44,348 nucleotides of DNA from Candidatus Hydrogenedentota bacterium. GTDB taxonomy: Bacteria; Hydrogenedentota; Hydrogenedentia; Hydrogenedentales; SLHB01. Below, piece after piece: positions 1 to 9,267 of the stretch. The translations under genes were made by a program, and so were the position numbers. Location of the stretch: positions 1-44,348 of the forward strand of contig JAWXCN010000049.1 in the NCBI GenBank assembly GCA_034408725.1, written 5' to 3'. Below the pieces are notes generated by a model. It saw only the letters and a program-made list of their open reading frames with translations, was not told the origin of the DNA and did not search any database. Position 1 is the stretch's first letter. The number at the start of each line of letters is the position of its first letter.

Positions 1-96
1 GTCCACACTTCCCAGCAAGTGTTCCCTACCCCCCTTCCCAACGATGGGTAGTGGCTAGAAATGAACGAGTGTCCGCGTAAATGACGCGGAGGCAAC

Positions 97-390
97 GGGT
101 AGCGCGTGTTGTCGGGAGGCTGTCGCTATGCTTTGCCGCCCCCGACTCCGGTGCCTTTGTCGAGCACGGGCAGCAGCCCCGCGCGCAGACCGGAGCGAGG
201 CTCGTTAAGAGCCGAACTGGAGTGCTCGCGGTAATCGAAAGTGGGGACGTCGTTAGACCCCCACTGAGTAGCGAGCAAAAGGGACCGGAGTCGGGGCCGC
301 ACGAAGTTCCAGCCAATTGCCTGCGGCTGTCGCCTTGGCGCTTGGGGAACTTCGGCCCCCGACAACACGCAGAATAATGAGCGCCCTACC
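97..390. ncRNA. Candidate large structured non-coding RNA / palindromic element (family not recognised)
   Basis: Nested perfect inverted repeats: GCGTGTTGTCGGG 104-116 / 358-370; CCCCGACTCCGGT 140-152 / 284-296; GAAGTTCC 303-310 / 346-353; AGTGGGG 240-246 / 259-265; GGCTC 199-203 / 209-213. No convincing ORF in any frame. Confidence 0.5.
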
Positions 391-715
391 GGGCGCGCCT
401 AGTATCACCGGCAACGCCATCGCAAACTGCGGTGAGAATACAAATGACGGAGAGGATGCCGTAACGGGGACGGCCATTGGGGCGACACCGATTCGGGTGG
501 GTGAAATCCTAGGCATTTCCGAGGGGAATACAGTTACAGCGATTTCCCTGTCGGCTGGGACCGGAATTGGTAACTTACAGACGCTGTTTCATTCCAAGTC
601 GGGAAAACCATCGGGGGATTCTCTGAGTCTAACGGGGAATACGACGGGTGAGATGCGCGTGTTTGGCCTTGATGGGTCGAACTAGGCTACCGGAAGTGTG
701 TACAATCGAGTGTCT

Positions 716-1462
716 ATGGCTGGGCAACCCAAAGAAGACGAAAACGGACCCCTGATCGTTGTGCGGGACTTGACGAAGCATTACGAGATGGGCGACACAG
801 TGGTGCAGGCGTTGCGCGGGGTCTCATTCGAGATTTCGCGGGGTACCTTTGTGGCCGTGATGGGGCCGTCGGGGTCGGGTAAAACGACCTTGATGGACAT
901 CCTGGGTTGCCTTTCCCGGCCGACTTCCGGCGAATTTTTCCTCGGAGGTTTACCGGTGGCGAAGCTGCCGGAATCGAAGCTGGCGGAGCTACGGAACCAC
1001 GAGATTGGGTTCGTATTCCAAAATTTTAATCTGTTGTCACGCACAACCGCCTTGGCCAACGTCGAACTTCCGTTGCTGTATGACGGCATCCCCAGGAAGC
1101 AACGGACGGAGCGTGCGAAAGAAACGCTGGAGTCCGTGGGATTGGGCGAGCGCATGTACCACCGGCCCAGTGAACTGTCGGGGGGACAGCGCCAGCGCGT
1201 GGCGATTGCCCGCGCATTGGTCAACAAGCCTAGCATTGTCTTTGCAGATGAACCGACGGGGAATCTGGATACCGCCAGCGGCGAGAGCATTCTCGCCCTG
1301 TTCGATGAATTGCATAAAAACGGGCACACAATCGTCATGGTGACGCATGAACGCGACGTGGCGGAGCACGCCGAACGCATCATGAGTTTTCGGGACGGCA
1401 ACCTGGTGAAGGACGAATGGCGAAACAACGGAGTCTGGGACCCCAAATCGTTGGCTGGTTGA
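716..1462 (+). CDS. ABC transporter ATP-binding protein (MacB/LolD-like)
   Basis: Walker A GPSGSGKTT, Q-loop GFVFQNFNL, signature LSGGQRQRV, Walker B IVFADEPTGNLD, H-loop VTHE. ATG at 716 preferred over GTG 698. Confidence 0.93.
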   Translation: MAGQPKEDENGPLIVVRDLTKHYEMGDTVVQALRGVSFEISRGTFVAVMGPSGSGKTTLMDILGCLSRPTSGEFFLGGLPVAKLPESKLAELRNHEIGFVFQNFNLLSRTTALANVELPLLYDGIPRKQRTERAKETLESVGLGERMYHRPSELSGGQRQRVAIARALVNKPSIVFADEPTGNLDTASGESILALFDELHKNGHTIVMVTHERDVAEHAERIMSFRDGNLVKDEWRNNGVWDPKSLAG

Positions 1463-2661
1463 TTGTGGCGGGGGCGCTGGCGGCGTTTCCGGTGTACCTC
1501 GTAATGCGTGAGGACACAATCAACGTCACGGCTGCGCCCGTGGAGCAGGGGCGCGTCGAGCAAACGATCACGGCAATCGCGTCGGGCACGGTGATGCCTT
1601 CATTTGACTCGCTGGTCGCGGCGGGCACGATGGGGACAGTGCTCGCGGTCCCCTTCAAGGAGGGCGAGCAGGTCAAGAAGGATGACGTTCTCGTCGAGTT
1701 GCGCCATGCCGAAATGGATGCGCAGGTATTGTTGGCCCAGGCCAATTTGAAGGTCGGCGAGTCGCGCCTTGAACAGGCGAGGATGGGCGCGGTCATCAAT
1801 AAGGAAGTATCGGGGACGCGGGTCGCCCAGGCCGAAGCGCAATTCGAACAGGCAAAAAAAGACTATGAGCGCGTCAAGGCGCTCAAGGACAAGGGGGCCA
1901 TTCCCCAAGACATGCTGGACAAGGTTGCGCTGGCGATGAAGGTCACGCAGGAAGCGTTGGGGGCGGCGAACGCGGGCGAAGGCGAAAATGACGTGCGCAC
2001 CGAAGAAATCCGCATGGCGGAGGCGAGCATCGAGCAGATGCAGGCGGGCGTTGCGGTGGCAACGGCAACGCGGGAAAACGCGTTCGTGCGGGCGCCGTTT
2101 GACGGAGTGGTTGCCAAGATTCTGCGTGACCGCGGGGAAGCGGTGACGATCGGCATGCCGCTATTGCAACTCGTGGATCAGTCGGAATGCTACGTCGAAG
2201 CGCCGTTTGACGAGGCAAACGCCTCGCAAATCAAGATCGGGCAAAAGGTGCGGATCAATCTGGATGCGTATCGGGACTCTGATTTCTTTGGGACGGTGGA
2301 TTTCATTTCGCCGATAGTTTCGATCAATCCGGATCTGAGCCGCACGTTGAACGTCCGCGTGCGCGTGGACCAGGGCGTCGAGAGTTTCATCTCCGGCATG
2401 TCGGCGGATGTGGTGATTCTTGTGGACGAAAAGGAAAACGTTATCTTCGCGCCGACCGAATCGCTTATCCGGCAGGAGTTCGCGTACGTTGTGGAAGGTG
2501 GTCGCGCCGTGCGCCGCGACATTAAGACCGGCGTTGGCAACTGGAACACGGTCGAGATCACGGACGGCCTGCAGAAAGGTGAACTGCTCATCACGTCGGT
2601 TTCGCTGGCCGATCTGAAAGAAGACGTGAAAGTACAGGTCGTCGACAAACTGGAGCCGTAA
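1417..2661 (+). CDS. Efflux periplasmic adaptor subunit (MacA/HlyD family)
   Basis: N-terminal TM, barrel-sandwich hybrid (VPFKEGEQVKKDDVLVEL), coiled-coil hairpin, VRAPFDGVV, GMSADV. Lies between the ABC ATPase and permease. Confidence 0.9.
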   Translation: MAKQRSLGPQIVGWLIVAGALAAFPVYLVMREDTINVTAAPVEQGRVEQTITAIASGTVMPSFDSLVAAGTMGTVLAVPFKEGEQVKKDDVLVELRHAEMDAQVLLAQANLKVGESRLEQARMGAVINKEVSGTRVAQAEAQFEQAKKDYERVKALKDKGAIPQDMLDKVALAMKVTQEALGAANAGEGENDVRTEEIRMAEASIEQMQAGVAVATATRENAFVRAPFDGVVAKILRDRGEAVTIGMPLLQLVDQSECYVEAPFDEANASQIKIGQKVRINLDAYRDSDFFGTVDFISPIVSINPDLSRTLNVRVRVDQGVESFISGMSADVVILVDEKENVIFAPTESLIRQEFAYVVEGGRAVRRDIKTGVGNWNTVEITDGLQKGELLITSVSLADLKEDVKVQVVDKLEP

Positions 2662-3872
2662 TGGGCCCGTTCGACTATTTCGGCATCGCGATTGATTCGA
2701 TCAATCAGAACAAGGTGCGCTCGCTACTCACCATGTTGGGCGTGATCATCGGCGTCATGTCCGTGATTCTGCTTATTTCTCTCGGGGAAGGCGCGCAGGC
2801 GTATATCGAGCGCGAGTTTGCCGGCATGGGCAGCAACATCCTTCTGATTACGCCAGGAAAACAGGAAACGTCCGGGATGATGCCGATCATCGCGGGGAGT
2901 TTCCGCCATCTCACCCACGAAAACGCGAAGGAAATCGAACGACGCGCGCAGGGCGTGCGCGCGGTGGCGCCCGTCGTCATTGGCTCGGGGAGCGTCCAGG
3001 CGGGGGACCGGCGCCGCAACACGATGATCATCGCAACCACGGAAAAGTTCGAGGAAGTGCGCAATCTTCGCGCGCAGCAAGGCAGGTTTATCTCCGGGCA
3101 GGACATTGACAAGAACAATAAAGTGTGTGTGATCGGCGTGAAGATCAAGCAGGAACTGTTCGGCACGGAAAACGCCCTGAACCAAAGCGTAAACATCAAC
3201 CGGACGAAGCACACCGTCGTGGGCGTGCTCGAACCGCGGGGTGTGATGCTTGGTATCAATATCGACGATCTCGTGGTGATACCGTTGCGTAGCGGCCAGC
3301 AAATGTTTTACGGCGGCGAAGACCGCTTGTTTCAGATTCTCGTGCGCGCCAACAGTCCGGATGACGTGAAAGCGGCGACGGTAGCGACGCGTGAAATCCT
3401 GAAAGCGGCGCACGATTATATCGAGGATTTTACCATAACGGACCAGACGTCAATTTTGGCGACGTTTAACCAGATTTTCACCGCGATGCGCGTGATGCTC
3501 GCCGGCATCGCGGGCATATCCCTGCTGGTGGGCGGCATCGGCATCATGAATATCATGCTGGTGTCGGTGCGCGAACGGACGCGCGAGGTGGGCGTCCGCA
3601 AGGCAGTGGGCGCGACGCGCCACGACATCGGCATGCAGTTTGCCATCGAGTCGATTACGCTGAGTTCGATAGGCGGGTCGCTGGGCATCGCGCTCGGGTT
3701 CCTCGGCACCTTCATTGTGCGCACCATCTATCCCCCACTCCCGGTTTATACCTCCGCCTGGTCTATCATGCTTGCATTTTTTTTCTCAATGGCCGTTGGG
3801 GTATTCTTCGGAGCGTATCCCGCAATCAAGGCATCGGGCGTTGATCCGGTCGAAGCGTTGCGATACGAGTAA
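2661..3872 (+). CDS. ABC transporter permease (MacB/FtsX-like)
   Basis: RSLLTMLGVIIGV N-terminal TM, large periplasmic domain, ISLLVGGIGIMNIMLVSVRERTREVGVRKAVGA, C-terminal DPVEALRYE. Confidence 0.93.
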   Translation: MGPFDYFGIAIDSINQNKVRSLLTMLGVIIGVMSVILLISLGEGAQAYIEREFAGMGSNILLITPGKQETSGMMPIIAGSFRHLTHENAKEIERRAQGVRAVAPVVIGSGSVQAGDRRRNTMIIATTEKFEEVRNLRAQQGRFISGQDIDKNNKVCVIGVKIKQELFGTENALNQSVNINRTKHTVVGVLEPRGVMLGINIDDLVVIPLRSGQQMFYGGEDRLFQILVRANSPDDVKAATVATREILKAAHDYIEDFTITDQTSILATFNQIFTAMRVMLAGIAGISLLVGGIGIMNIMLVSVRERTREVGVRKAVGATRHDIGMQFAIESITLSSIGGSLGIALGFLGTFIVRTIYPPLPVYTSAWSIMLAFFFSMAVGVFFGAYPAIKASGVDPVEALRYE

Positions 3873-3987
3873 CGAGGTTCGCAGGGGTCGACGGGCACGT
3901 TGCGGCTCTGTTACTATCGAATTTCCGGGGCGACGTGATTTGTAGGTTCCTGATAGGCTGCTCTTAACGAGAGGGGAGATGCATGCC

Positions 3988-5559
3988 ATGATGAATCTTG
4001 CGGTGATCCTCGAAAACAGCACGCGAGAAAAACCCGGTCATACCGCGGTAGTGTATGGCCAGTTCCGGCTCGACTATCAAACAATCAACGCAATGGCGAA
4101 CCAGGTCGCCAATGGGTTGCAAAAACTGGGCGTGCGCAAAGGCGACAAGGTCGCCCTATCGTGCCCCAACCTGCCGTACTTTCCCATTATCTATTTTGGC
4201 ATTCTGAAAACAGGCGCAGCGTTTGTGCCGTTGAACGTGCTGATGCGCGAGCGCGAGGTGGGGTATCACCTGTCGGACTCCGACGCGAACGTGTTCATAT
4301 GTTTCGAGGGCACCGAACAGCTTCCAATCGGTAAAGTCGGGTACGAGGGTTGGAAACAAGCGGGAACTTGCGAGCATTTCATCATTATCCCGCTGGCCCC
4401 CGGCGGCGAATCCCCCATTCCCGGCGTCATGACCTTGAGCGAATTGATGAGCGATCAACCGCCGGCGTTCGAGACCGTGCAATGCCGGCCGGACGACACG
4501 TGTATCATCATCTACACATCGGGAACGACAGGCCGTCCGAAGGGCGCCGAGCTCACCCATTCCAATAGTCTGATGAATTGCATGGTGTCGCGCCATCTGA
4601 TCGACGGCAAACCGGACGATACCACGCTCGCCGTGTTGCCGCTGTTTCATTCGTTTGGCTTGAATGCGTTGTTGAATTCCGTCGTGCTGGGCGGTGCAAC
4701 GGTCGTGCTCCAGCCACGGTTTGAAGCAGGCGAAGTGTGGCGCGCATTCGAAGAAGAAGGCATTACGATTTTTGCGGGCGTACCGACAATGTACTGGGAC
4801 CTGTTGAATTATCCCGAAACCAGCAAATTCGACATGGAAAAAATCCGGAGTCGCCTGCGCCTTGGCATTTCAGGCGGGGCCGCAATGCCGGTAGATGTCA
4901 TGACGCGGTTCCAGGACCGGTTCGGCATCAAGATATTGGAAGGGTACGGCCTGTCAGAGACGTCGCCATCGTGCAGCTTCAACCGGATTGACCTGCCGCA
5001 GAAAATCGGTTCCATCGGCGTGCCCATCTGGGGCGTGCAAATGAAGGCGGTCGATGAGAACATGAACGAAATGGACACCGGCCAGCCGGGTGAAATTGTC
5101 GTGCGGGGCCACAACGTCATGAAGGGGTATTACAAGCGCGACGAGGCGAACGAAGAGGTGTTTCGCGGTGGGTGGTTTCACACGGGCGACGTGGGATACA
5201 AGGACGAAGACGGCTATTTCTACATCGTCGACCGCATCAAGGACATGATCATCCGGGGAGGCTTCAACGTGTACCCGCGGGAGATCGAGGAAGTCCTGAT
5301 GTCGCATCCCGAAATTTCGCTTGCCGCCGCCATTGGGATTCCCTGCGAAGAATATGGCGAAGAAGTGAAGGCATACGTAATTCTGCAAAATGGCTCAACG
5401 CTGACGCCCGAAGCCGTCATGGCCTGGGGCAAAACGGAACTTGCCGCCTATAAGTATCCGCGCATGGTTGAAATCGTGAAGACCCTTCCAATAGGACCAA
5501 CAGGCAAGATTCTGAAGACGGAGTTGCGCAAGATCGCTCTGGAAGGCGCGACGGCCTAG
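3988..5559 (+). CDS. fadD: Long-chain fatty acid--CoA ligase (AMP-binding), copy 1
   Basis: IIYTSGTTGRPKG, EGYGLSETSP, GWFHTGDVG, DRIKDMIIRGGFNVYPRE, GKILK. Start 3988 chosen from GGGGAG spacing and alignment to the paralogue (MMNLAVILE vs MLNLATLLE). Confidence 0.88.
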   Translation: MMNLAVILENSTREKPGHTAVVYGQFRLDYQTINAMANQVANGLQKLGVRKGDKVALSCPNLPYFPIIYFGILKTGAAFVPLNVLMREREVGYHLSDSDANVFICFEGTEQLPIGKVGYEGWKQAGTCEHFIIIPLAPGGESPIPGVMTLSELMSDQPPAFETVQCRPDDTCIIIYTSGTTGRPKGAELTHSNSLMNCMVSRHLIDGKPDDTTLAVLPLFHSFGLNALLNSVVLGGATVVLQPRFEAGEVWRAFEEEGITIFAGVPTMYWDLLNYPETSKFDMEKIRSRLRLGISGGAAMPVDVMTRFQDRFGIKILEGYGLSETSPSCSFNRIDLPQKIGSIGVPIWGVQMKAVDENMNEMDTGQPGEIVVRGHNVMKGYYKRDEANEEVFRGGWFHTGDVGYKDEDGYFYIVDRIKDMIIRGGFNVYPREIEEVLMSHPEISLAAAIGIPCEEYGEEVKAYVILQNGSTLTPEAVMAWGKTELAAYKYPRMVEIVKTLPIGPTGKILKTELRKIALEGATA

Positions 5560-5616
5560 CGCGAGCGCGCACGATAGATCATCCATCATGTTCCAAGGGC
5601 TGAGGAGTGTCGTACG

Positions 5617-7194
5617 ATGTTAAATCTAGCAACTTTGTTGGAGGAGAGCGCGCGCCAGTATCCCGATAAGGATGCGGTCGTGTTCAGCCAAATCCGGTTG
5701 ACTTACAAGCAGGTTGACGCGATGGCGAACCAGGTCGCAAACGGGCTCGTGAAAGCGGGTGTGCGGCGCGGGGACAAGGTTGGCGTATGCTGCCCAAACC
5801 TACCCTACTTCCCGATTCTCATTTTCGGCATTCTCAAGGTAGGCGCGGTCGTCGTGCCACTCAATCCGCTGTTGCGCCGGCGCGAGTTTGCGTATCACCT
5901 CAACGATTCCGATGCCGTCGCCTTCATCTGCTTTGAAGGTACCGAACAATTGAAAGTGTTCGAGGAAGGGTATGCGGGTTGGAAAGAAGCGACGTCTTGT
6001 CCACACCTTTGGATTATACCGGCGATTCCCGGTGGAGATTCGCCCGTGGCGGGCGTGTCGACGTTGGCGGACCTGATGCACAATCAATCGCCCATTTTTG
6101 ACGCCGCGCCGACGCGGCCGGACGATACCTGCCTTATCATTTACACCTCGGGCACAACGGGCCGGCCGAAGGGCGCGGAACTGACGCATTCAAACATCAC
6201 GATTAATTCCATGGTCGTGCGCGATATGGGGCGCTGCACGAAAGACGATGTCCTGCTGGTCGTGCTGCCGCTGTTCCATTCCTTTGGGTTTACGTGCCAG
6301 ATGATGGCCGGCATACTCTCTGGCGTGACGCTCGTGCTTCAGCCGCGTTTCGATGCGGTCTCCGTATTGCGCGCGTTTCAGGATGAGGGCATCACCATGT
6401 TCGCCGGCGTGCCGACCATGTACTGGGACCTGCTCTCTTGCCCGGAACTCGATAAGTTCGATGTTGCGAAGATCGCCAAAACGTTGCGCGTGTGCAATTC
6501 AGGCGGCGCCGCCATGCCGGTGGATGTGATGAAACGGTTCGAGGAAAAATTTAACGTCACGATCCTCGAAGGGTACGGCCTCTCCGAGACTTCGCCGGTG
6601 GCAAGTTTCAACCAGCTTGAACGCCCGCGCAAACCGGGCTCTATCGGTACGCCGGTCTGGGGAGTCGAGATGAAAGTCGTCGATCACGACATGAATGAGC
6701 TGCCAATTGGGCAGCCGGGCGAGATCGTGATCCGCGGCCATAACATCATGAAAGGCTACTACAAGCGCGATGAAGCCAATGACGAGGCGTTTCGCGGCGG
6801 TTGGTTCCATAGCGGCGACATCGGGTACAAAGACGAAGACGGATACTATTTCATTGTAGATCGCGTGAAGGACATGATCATCCGGGGCGGGTTCAACGTG
6901 TATCCGCGCGAAGTTGAAGAAGTGTTGATGACACATCCGGACGTTTCGCTCGCTGCCGTAATCGGCGTACCGCACGAGGAATACGGCGAAGAAGTCGTCG
7001 CCTATGTTATTCCGCAAACGGGTTCGACCGTCACCGGCGCGGAGCTCATAACGTGGGCCAAGAAGGAAATGGCCGCATATAAATATCCACGACGCATCGA
7101 GATCGTCAAGACACTGCCGCTCGGACCGACCGGAAAGATTCTTAAAACGGAATTACGGAAAATGGCGACAGAAAAAGTCGCCGTTGCAAACTAA
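5617..7194 (+). CDS. fadD: Long-chain fatty acid--CoA ligase (AMP-binding), copy 2
   Basis: Same adenylate-forming motifs, collinear with the upstream paralogue. RBS GAGGAG upstream. Confidence 0.88.
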   Translation: MLNLATLLEESARQYPDKDAVVFSQIRLTYKQVDAMANQVANGLVKAGVRRGDKVGVCCPNLPYFPILIFGILKVGAVVVPLNPLLRRREFAYHLNDSDAVAFICFEGTEQLKVFEEGYAGWKEATSCPHLWIIPAIPGGDSPVAGVSTLADLMHNQSPIFDAAPTRPDDTCLIIYTSGTTGRPKGAELTHSNITINSMVVRDMGRCTKDDVLLVVLPLFHSFGFTCQMMAGILSGVTLVLQPRFDAVSVLRAFQDEGITMFAGVPTMYWDLLSCPELDKFDVAKIAKTLRVCNSGGAAMPVDVMKRFEEKFNVTILEGYGLSETSPVASFNQLERPRKPGSIGTPVWGVEMKVVDHDMNELPIGQPGEIVIRGHNIMKGYYKRDEANDEAFRGGWFHSGDIGYKDEDGYYFIVDRVKDMIIRGGFNVYPREVEEVLMTHPDVSLAAVIGVPHEEYGEEVVAYVIPQTGSTVTGAELITWAKKEMAAYKYPRRIEIVKTLPLGPTGKILKTELRKMATEKVAVAN

Positions 7195-7216
7195 CCGCCG
7201 CTTACACGGAGTGACA

Positions 7217-7252
7217 AAGCGGGAGTGCGGGTTCGCGCTCCCGCTTGTGTTT
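7217..7252 (+). terminator. Intrinsic terminator after the fadD pair
   Basis: Stem AAGCGGGAGTGCG 7217-7229 / CGCGCTCCCGCTT 7234-7246, followed by GTGTTT. Confidence 0.6.
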
Positions 7253-7295
7253 CGACAATAATTGCGCTGAGCCTGGAAGGTAGATTTGCCTGAAC

Positions 7296-8558
7296 ATGTC
7301 CACTTTGTACCGTCAAGATTTGGAATCCGCGTTGCAAACGACCGTCAGGCAAGCCGTGTTCGACACTCCCGTCACCGATTTGCATACGCACCTCTATGCA
7401 CCCCCGTTTGGCGAATTATTGCTGTACGGCGTGGATGAATTGCTGACATATCACTATCTGATCGCCGAAGTGTTGCGGGCAACACGCATGCCCTACGACG
7501 AGTATTGGGCGATGCCGAAACGCAAACAGGCGGACCTTATCTGGCAAACATTGTTCATCGAAAGGTCTCCTATCAGCGAAGCGTGCCGCGGCGTATTGAC
7601 CGCGTTGGACCGCCTTGGCCTCAACGTTGCCTCGCGTGATCTCGACAGTTATCGATCATTTTTCGACAACGTCAACGTCACGCATCATGTCGGACGCGTA
7701 TTAGACGCGGCGAATGTGCGCGATGTCGTGATGACGAATGATCCTTTTGACGAAACGGAGCGGCCCGTGTGGAAGAACGGGTATGACCGCGACCCGCGTT
7801 TTCACGCGGCGTTGCGCATCGACCCGCTCCTGAACGATTATGTGAACGCGATCGAACGGTTGCGCGGGTGGGGATACAACGCGTCTGCGGCGCCGGACGC
7901 ATCAAGCCTCGCGGAGGTAAGGCGCTTTTTATCCGAACAGGTACAGCGCATGCGCGCCCTGTACATGGCGGTCTCGCTTCCACCGGAATTCGCGTTCCCC
8001 GAGGAATCGCTTCGCGCGAAAATTCTCTCCGAGTGCGTCATCCCGGTTGCGGCGGAGCATAACATTCCATTCGCGATGATGATCGGCGTGAAACGCGCGG
8101 TGAATCCCGCGCTAAAGCTCGCGGGCGACGGGGTCGCCCGGGCAGACGTGGGCGCGGTCGAACGGATTTGCGCAGCATTTCCAAAGAACAAATTCATGGT
8201 GACGATGCTGTCGCGCGAAAACCAGCACGACCTCTGCGTCGCGGGAAGAAAATTTCCGAACCTGTTTATTTTCGGATGCTGGTGGTTTCTCAACAATCCA
8301 AGCCTGATTGAAGAGATGACGCGGATGCGGTTCGAGCTGCTCGGATTGAGCGTCACGCCGCAGCACAGCGATGCCCGCGTGCTCGAGCAGGTCGTCTATA
8401 AATGGGACCATTCGCGCGCGATCATTGCAAAGGTGCTGGGCGAAAAGTATGGCGATCTGTTGCGTGCCGGGTGGCAGCCGCGGGAAGACGAGATTCGCAG
8501 GGACGCCGAACGCATTCTTGGCGGCGGGTTCTGGGAGTTCGTGAGGTCGACACTGTGA
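7296..8558 (+). CDS. uxaC: Glucuronate/uronate isomerase (amidohydrolase fold, Bacillus halodurans Bh0493-like type)
   Basis: DLHTHLY metal motif, LLTYHYL, MTNDPFD, GCWWF, QHSDARVLEQ. Adjacent to eda. Confidence 0.85.
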   Translation: MSTLYRQDLESALQTTVRQAVFDTPVTDLHTHLYAPPFGELLLYGVDELLTYHYLIAEVLRATRMPYDEYWAMPKRKQADLIWQTLFIERSPISEACRGVLTALDRLGLNVASRDLDSYRSFFDNVNVTHHVGRVLDAANVRDVVMTNDPFDETERPVWKNGYDRDPRFHAALRIDPLLNDYVNAIERLRGWGYNASAAPDASSLAEVRRFLSEQVQRMRALYMAVSLPPEFAFPEESLRAKILSECVIPVAAEHNIPFAMMIGVKRAVNPALKLAGDGVARADVGAVERICAAFPKNKFMVTMLSRENQHDLCVAGRKFPNLFIFGCWWFLNNPSLIEEMTRMRFELLGLSVTPQHSDARVLEQVVYKWDHSRAIIAKVLGEKYGDLLRAGWQPREDEIRRDAERILGGGFWEFVRSTL

Positions 8559-8590
8559 TCGGCGGCGGAGTCGCCGATTCGGATTTTGCG

Positions 8591-9244
8591 TTAGGTTTTT
8601 CGCGCGTTCGCGACGGCATCGGCAAACGCGCGCGCGTTCTTCGTCAGCCCGGCGTAGTCTTTTGCGTCGAGCAGCTTCTTGCTGACGAGGTTTCCACCCA
8701 CTCCGAGCGCAAACGCGCCTGCCTTGATAAATGCCGCGACGTTGTCGATTTCTACTCCGCCCGTGGGTAGCAACGGAATCTGCGGCAAGGGGCCCTTAAT
8801 CGCCTTGATATATTCGGGTCCACCAACGCTTGCGGGAAATACTTTCACGATGTCCGCGCCTGCGTCCCACGCCGCCAATACCTCCGTTGGCGTGAAAGCG
8901 CCCAAGGCAACCGGTATGCCATAGCGCCGCGCCATTTTCGCCACTCCTGGCGCTACGGTCGGAGTTACGACGAATTGCGCGCCGGACAAGATCGCAATGC
9001 GGCAAGTGTCCGCGTCGAGCACGGTGCCAACGCCCAACAATATATCCGCCGACGCGAGCCGTTTTACTGCCAGTTCCATCGCTTTCAACGCGCCCGGTGT
9101 GGTCATGGTCAGTTCGATGCAGTGGACCCCACCTTCGGCCACCGCCTCGACGGCGCGCACAAGGTCATCCCCGCCGCCATCGGCGCGCACAACGGCAACA
9201 ATGCAGTTCTCGTGCAGGAAACGAAGCGCGCGATTCTTATCCAC
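8591..9244 (-). CDS. eda: KDPG/KHG aldolase
   Basis: IELTMTTPGA, GVGTVLD, GAFTPTEV, KVFPAS, PTGGV. GTG start at 9244 with AAAGGA RBS. Confidence 0.92.
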   Translation of the reverse strand: MDKNRALRFLHENCIVAVVRADGGGDDLVRAVEAVAEGGVHCIELTMTTPGALKAMELAVKRLASADILLGVGTVLDADTCRIAILSGAQFVVTPTVAPGVAKMARRYGIPVALGAFTPTEVLAAWDAGADIVKVFPASVGGPEYIKAIKGPLPQIPLLPTGGVEIDNVAAFIKAGAFALGVGGNLVSKKLLDAKDYAGLTKNARAFADAVANARKT

Positions 9245-9267
9245 CCGGAAAATCCTTTTTCGTTTGG

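Noticed and set aside
229-260. GGTAATCGAAAGTGGGGACG resembling a c-di-GMP-I riboswitch P2
   Set aside because: The GCAAA elements and P3 arrangement are missing, and the G-run pairs with 259-265 instead.
26-685. Short ORFs at 26-316, 81-377, 126-368, 253-516 and 317-685
   Set aside because: No recognisable motifs or RBS, mutually overlapping, and they coincide with strong inverted repeats better explained as RNA or DNA structure.
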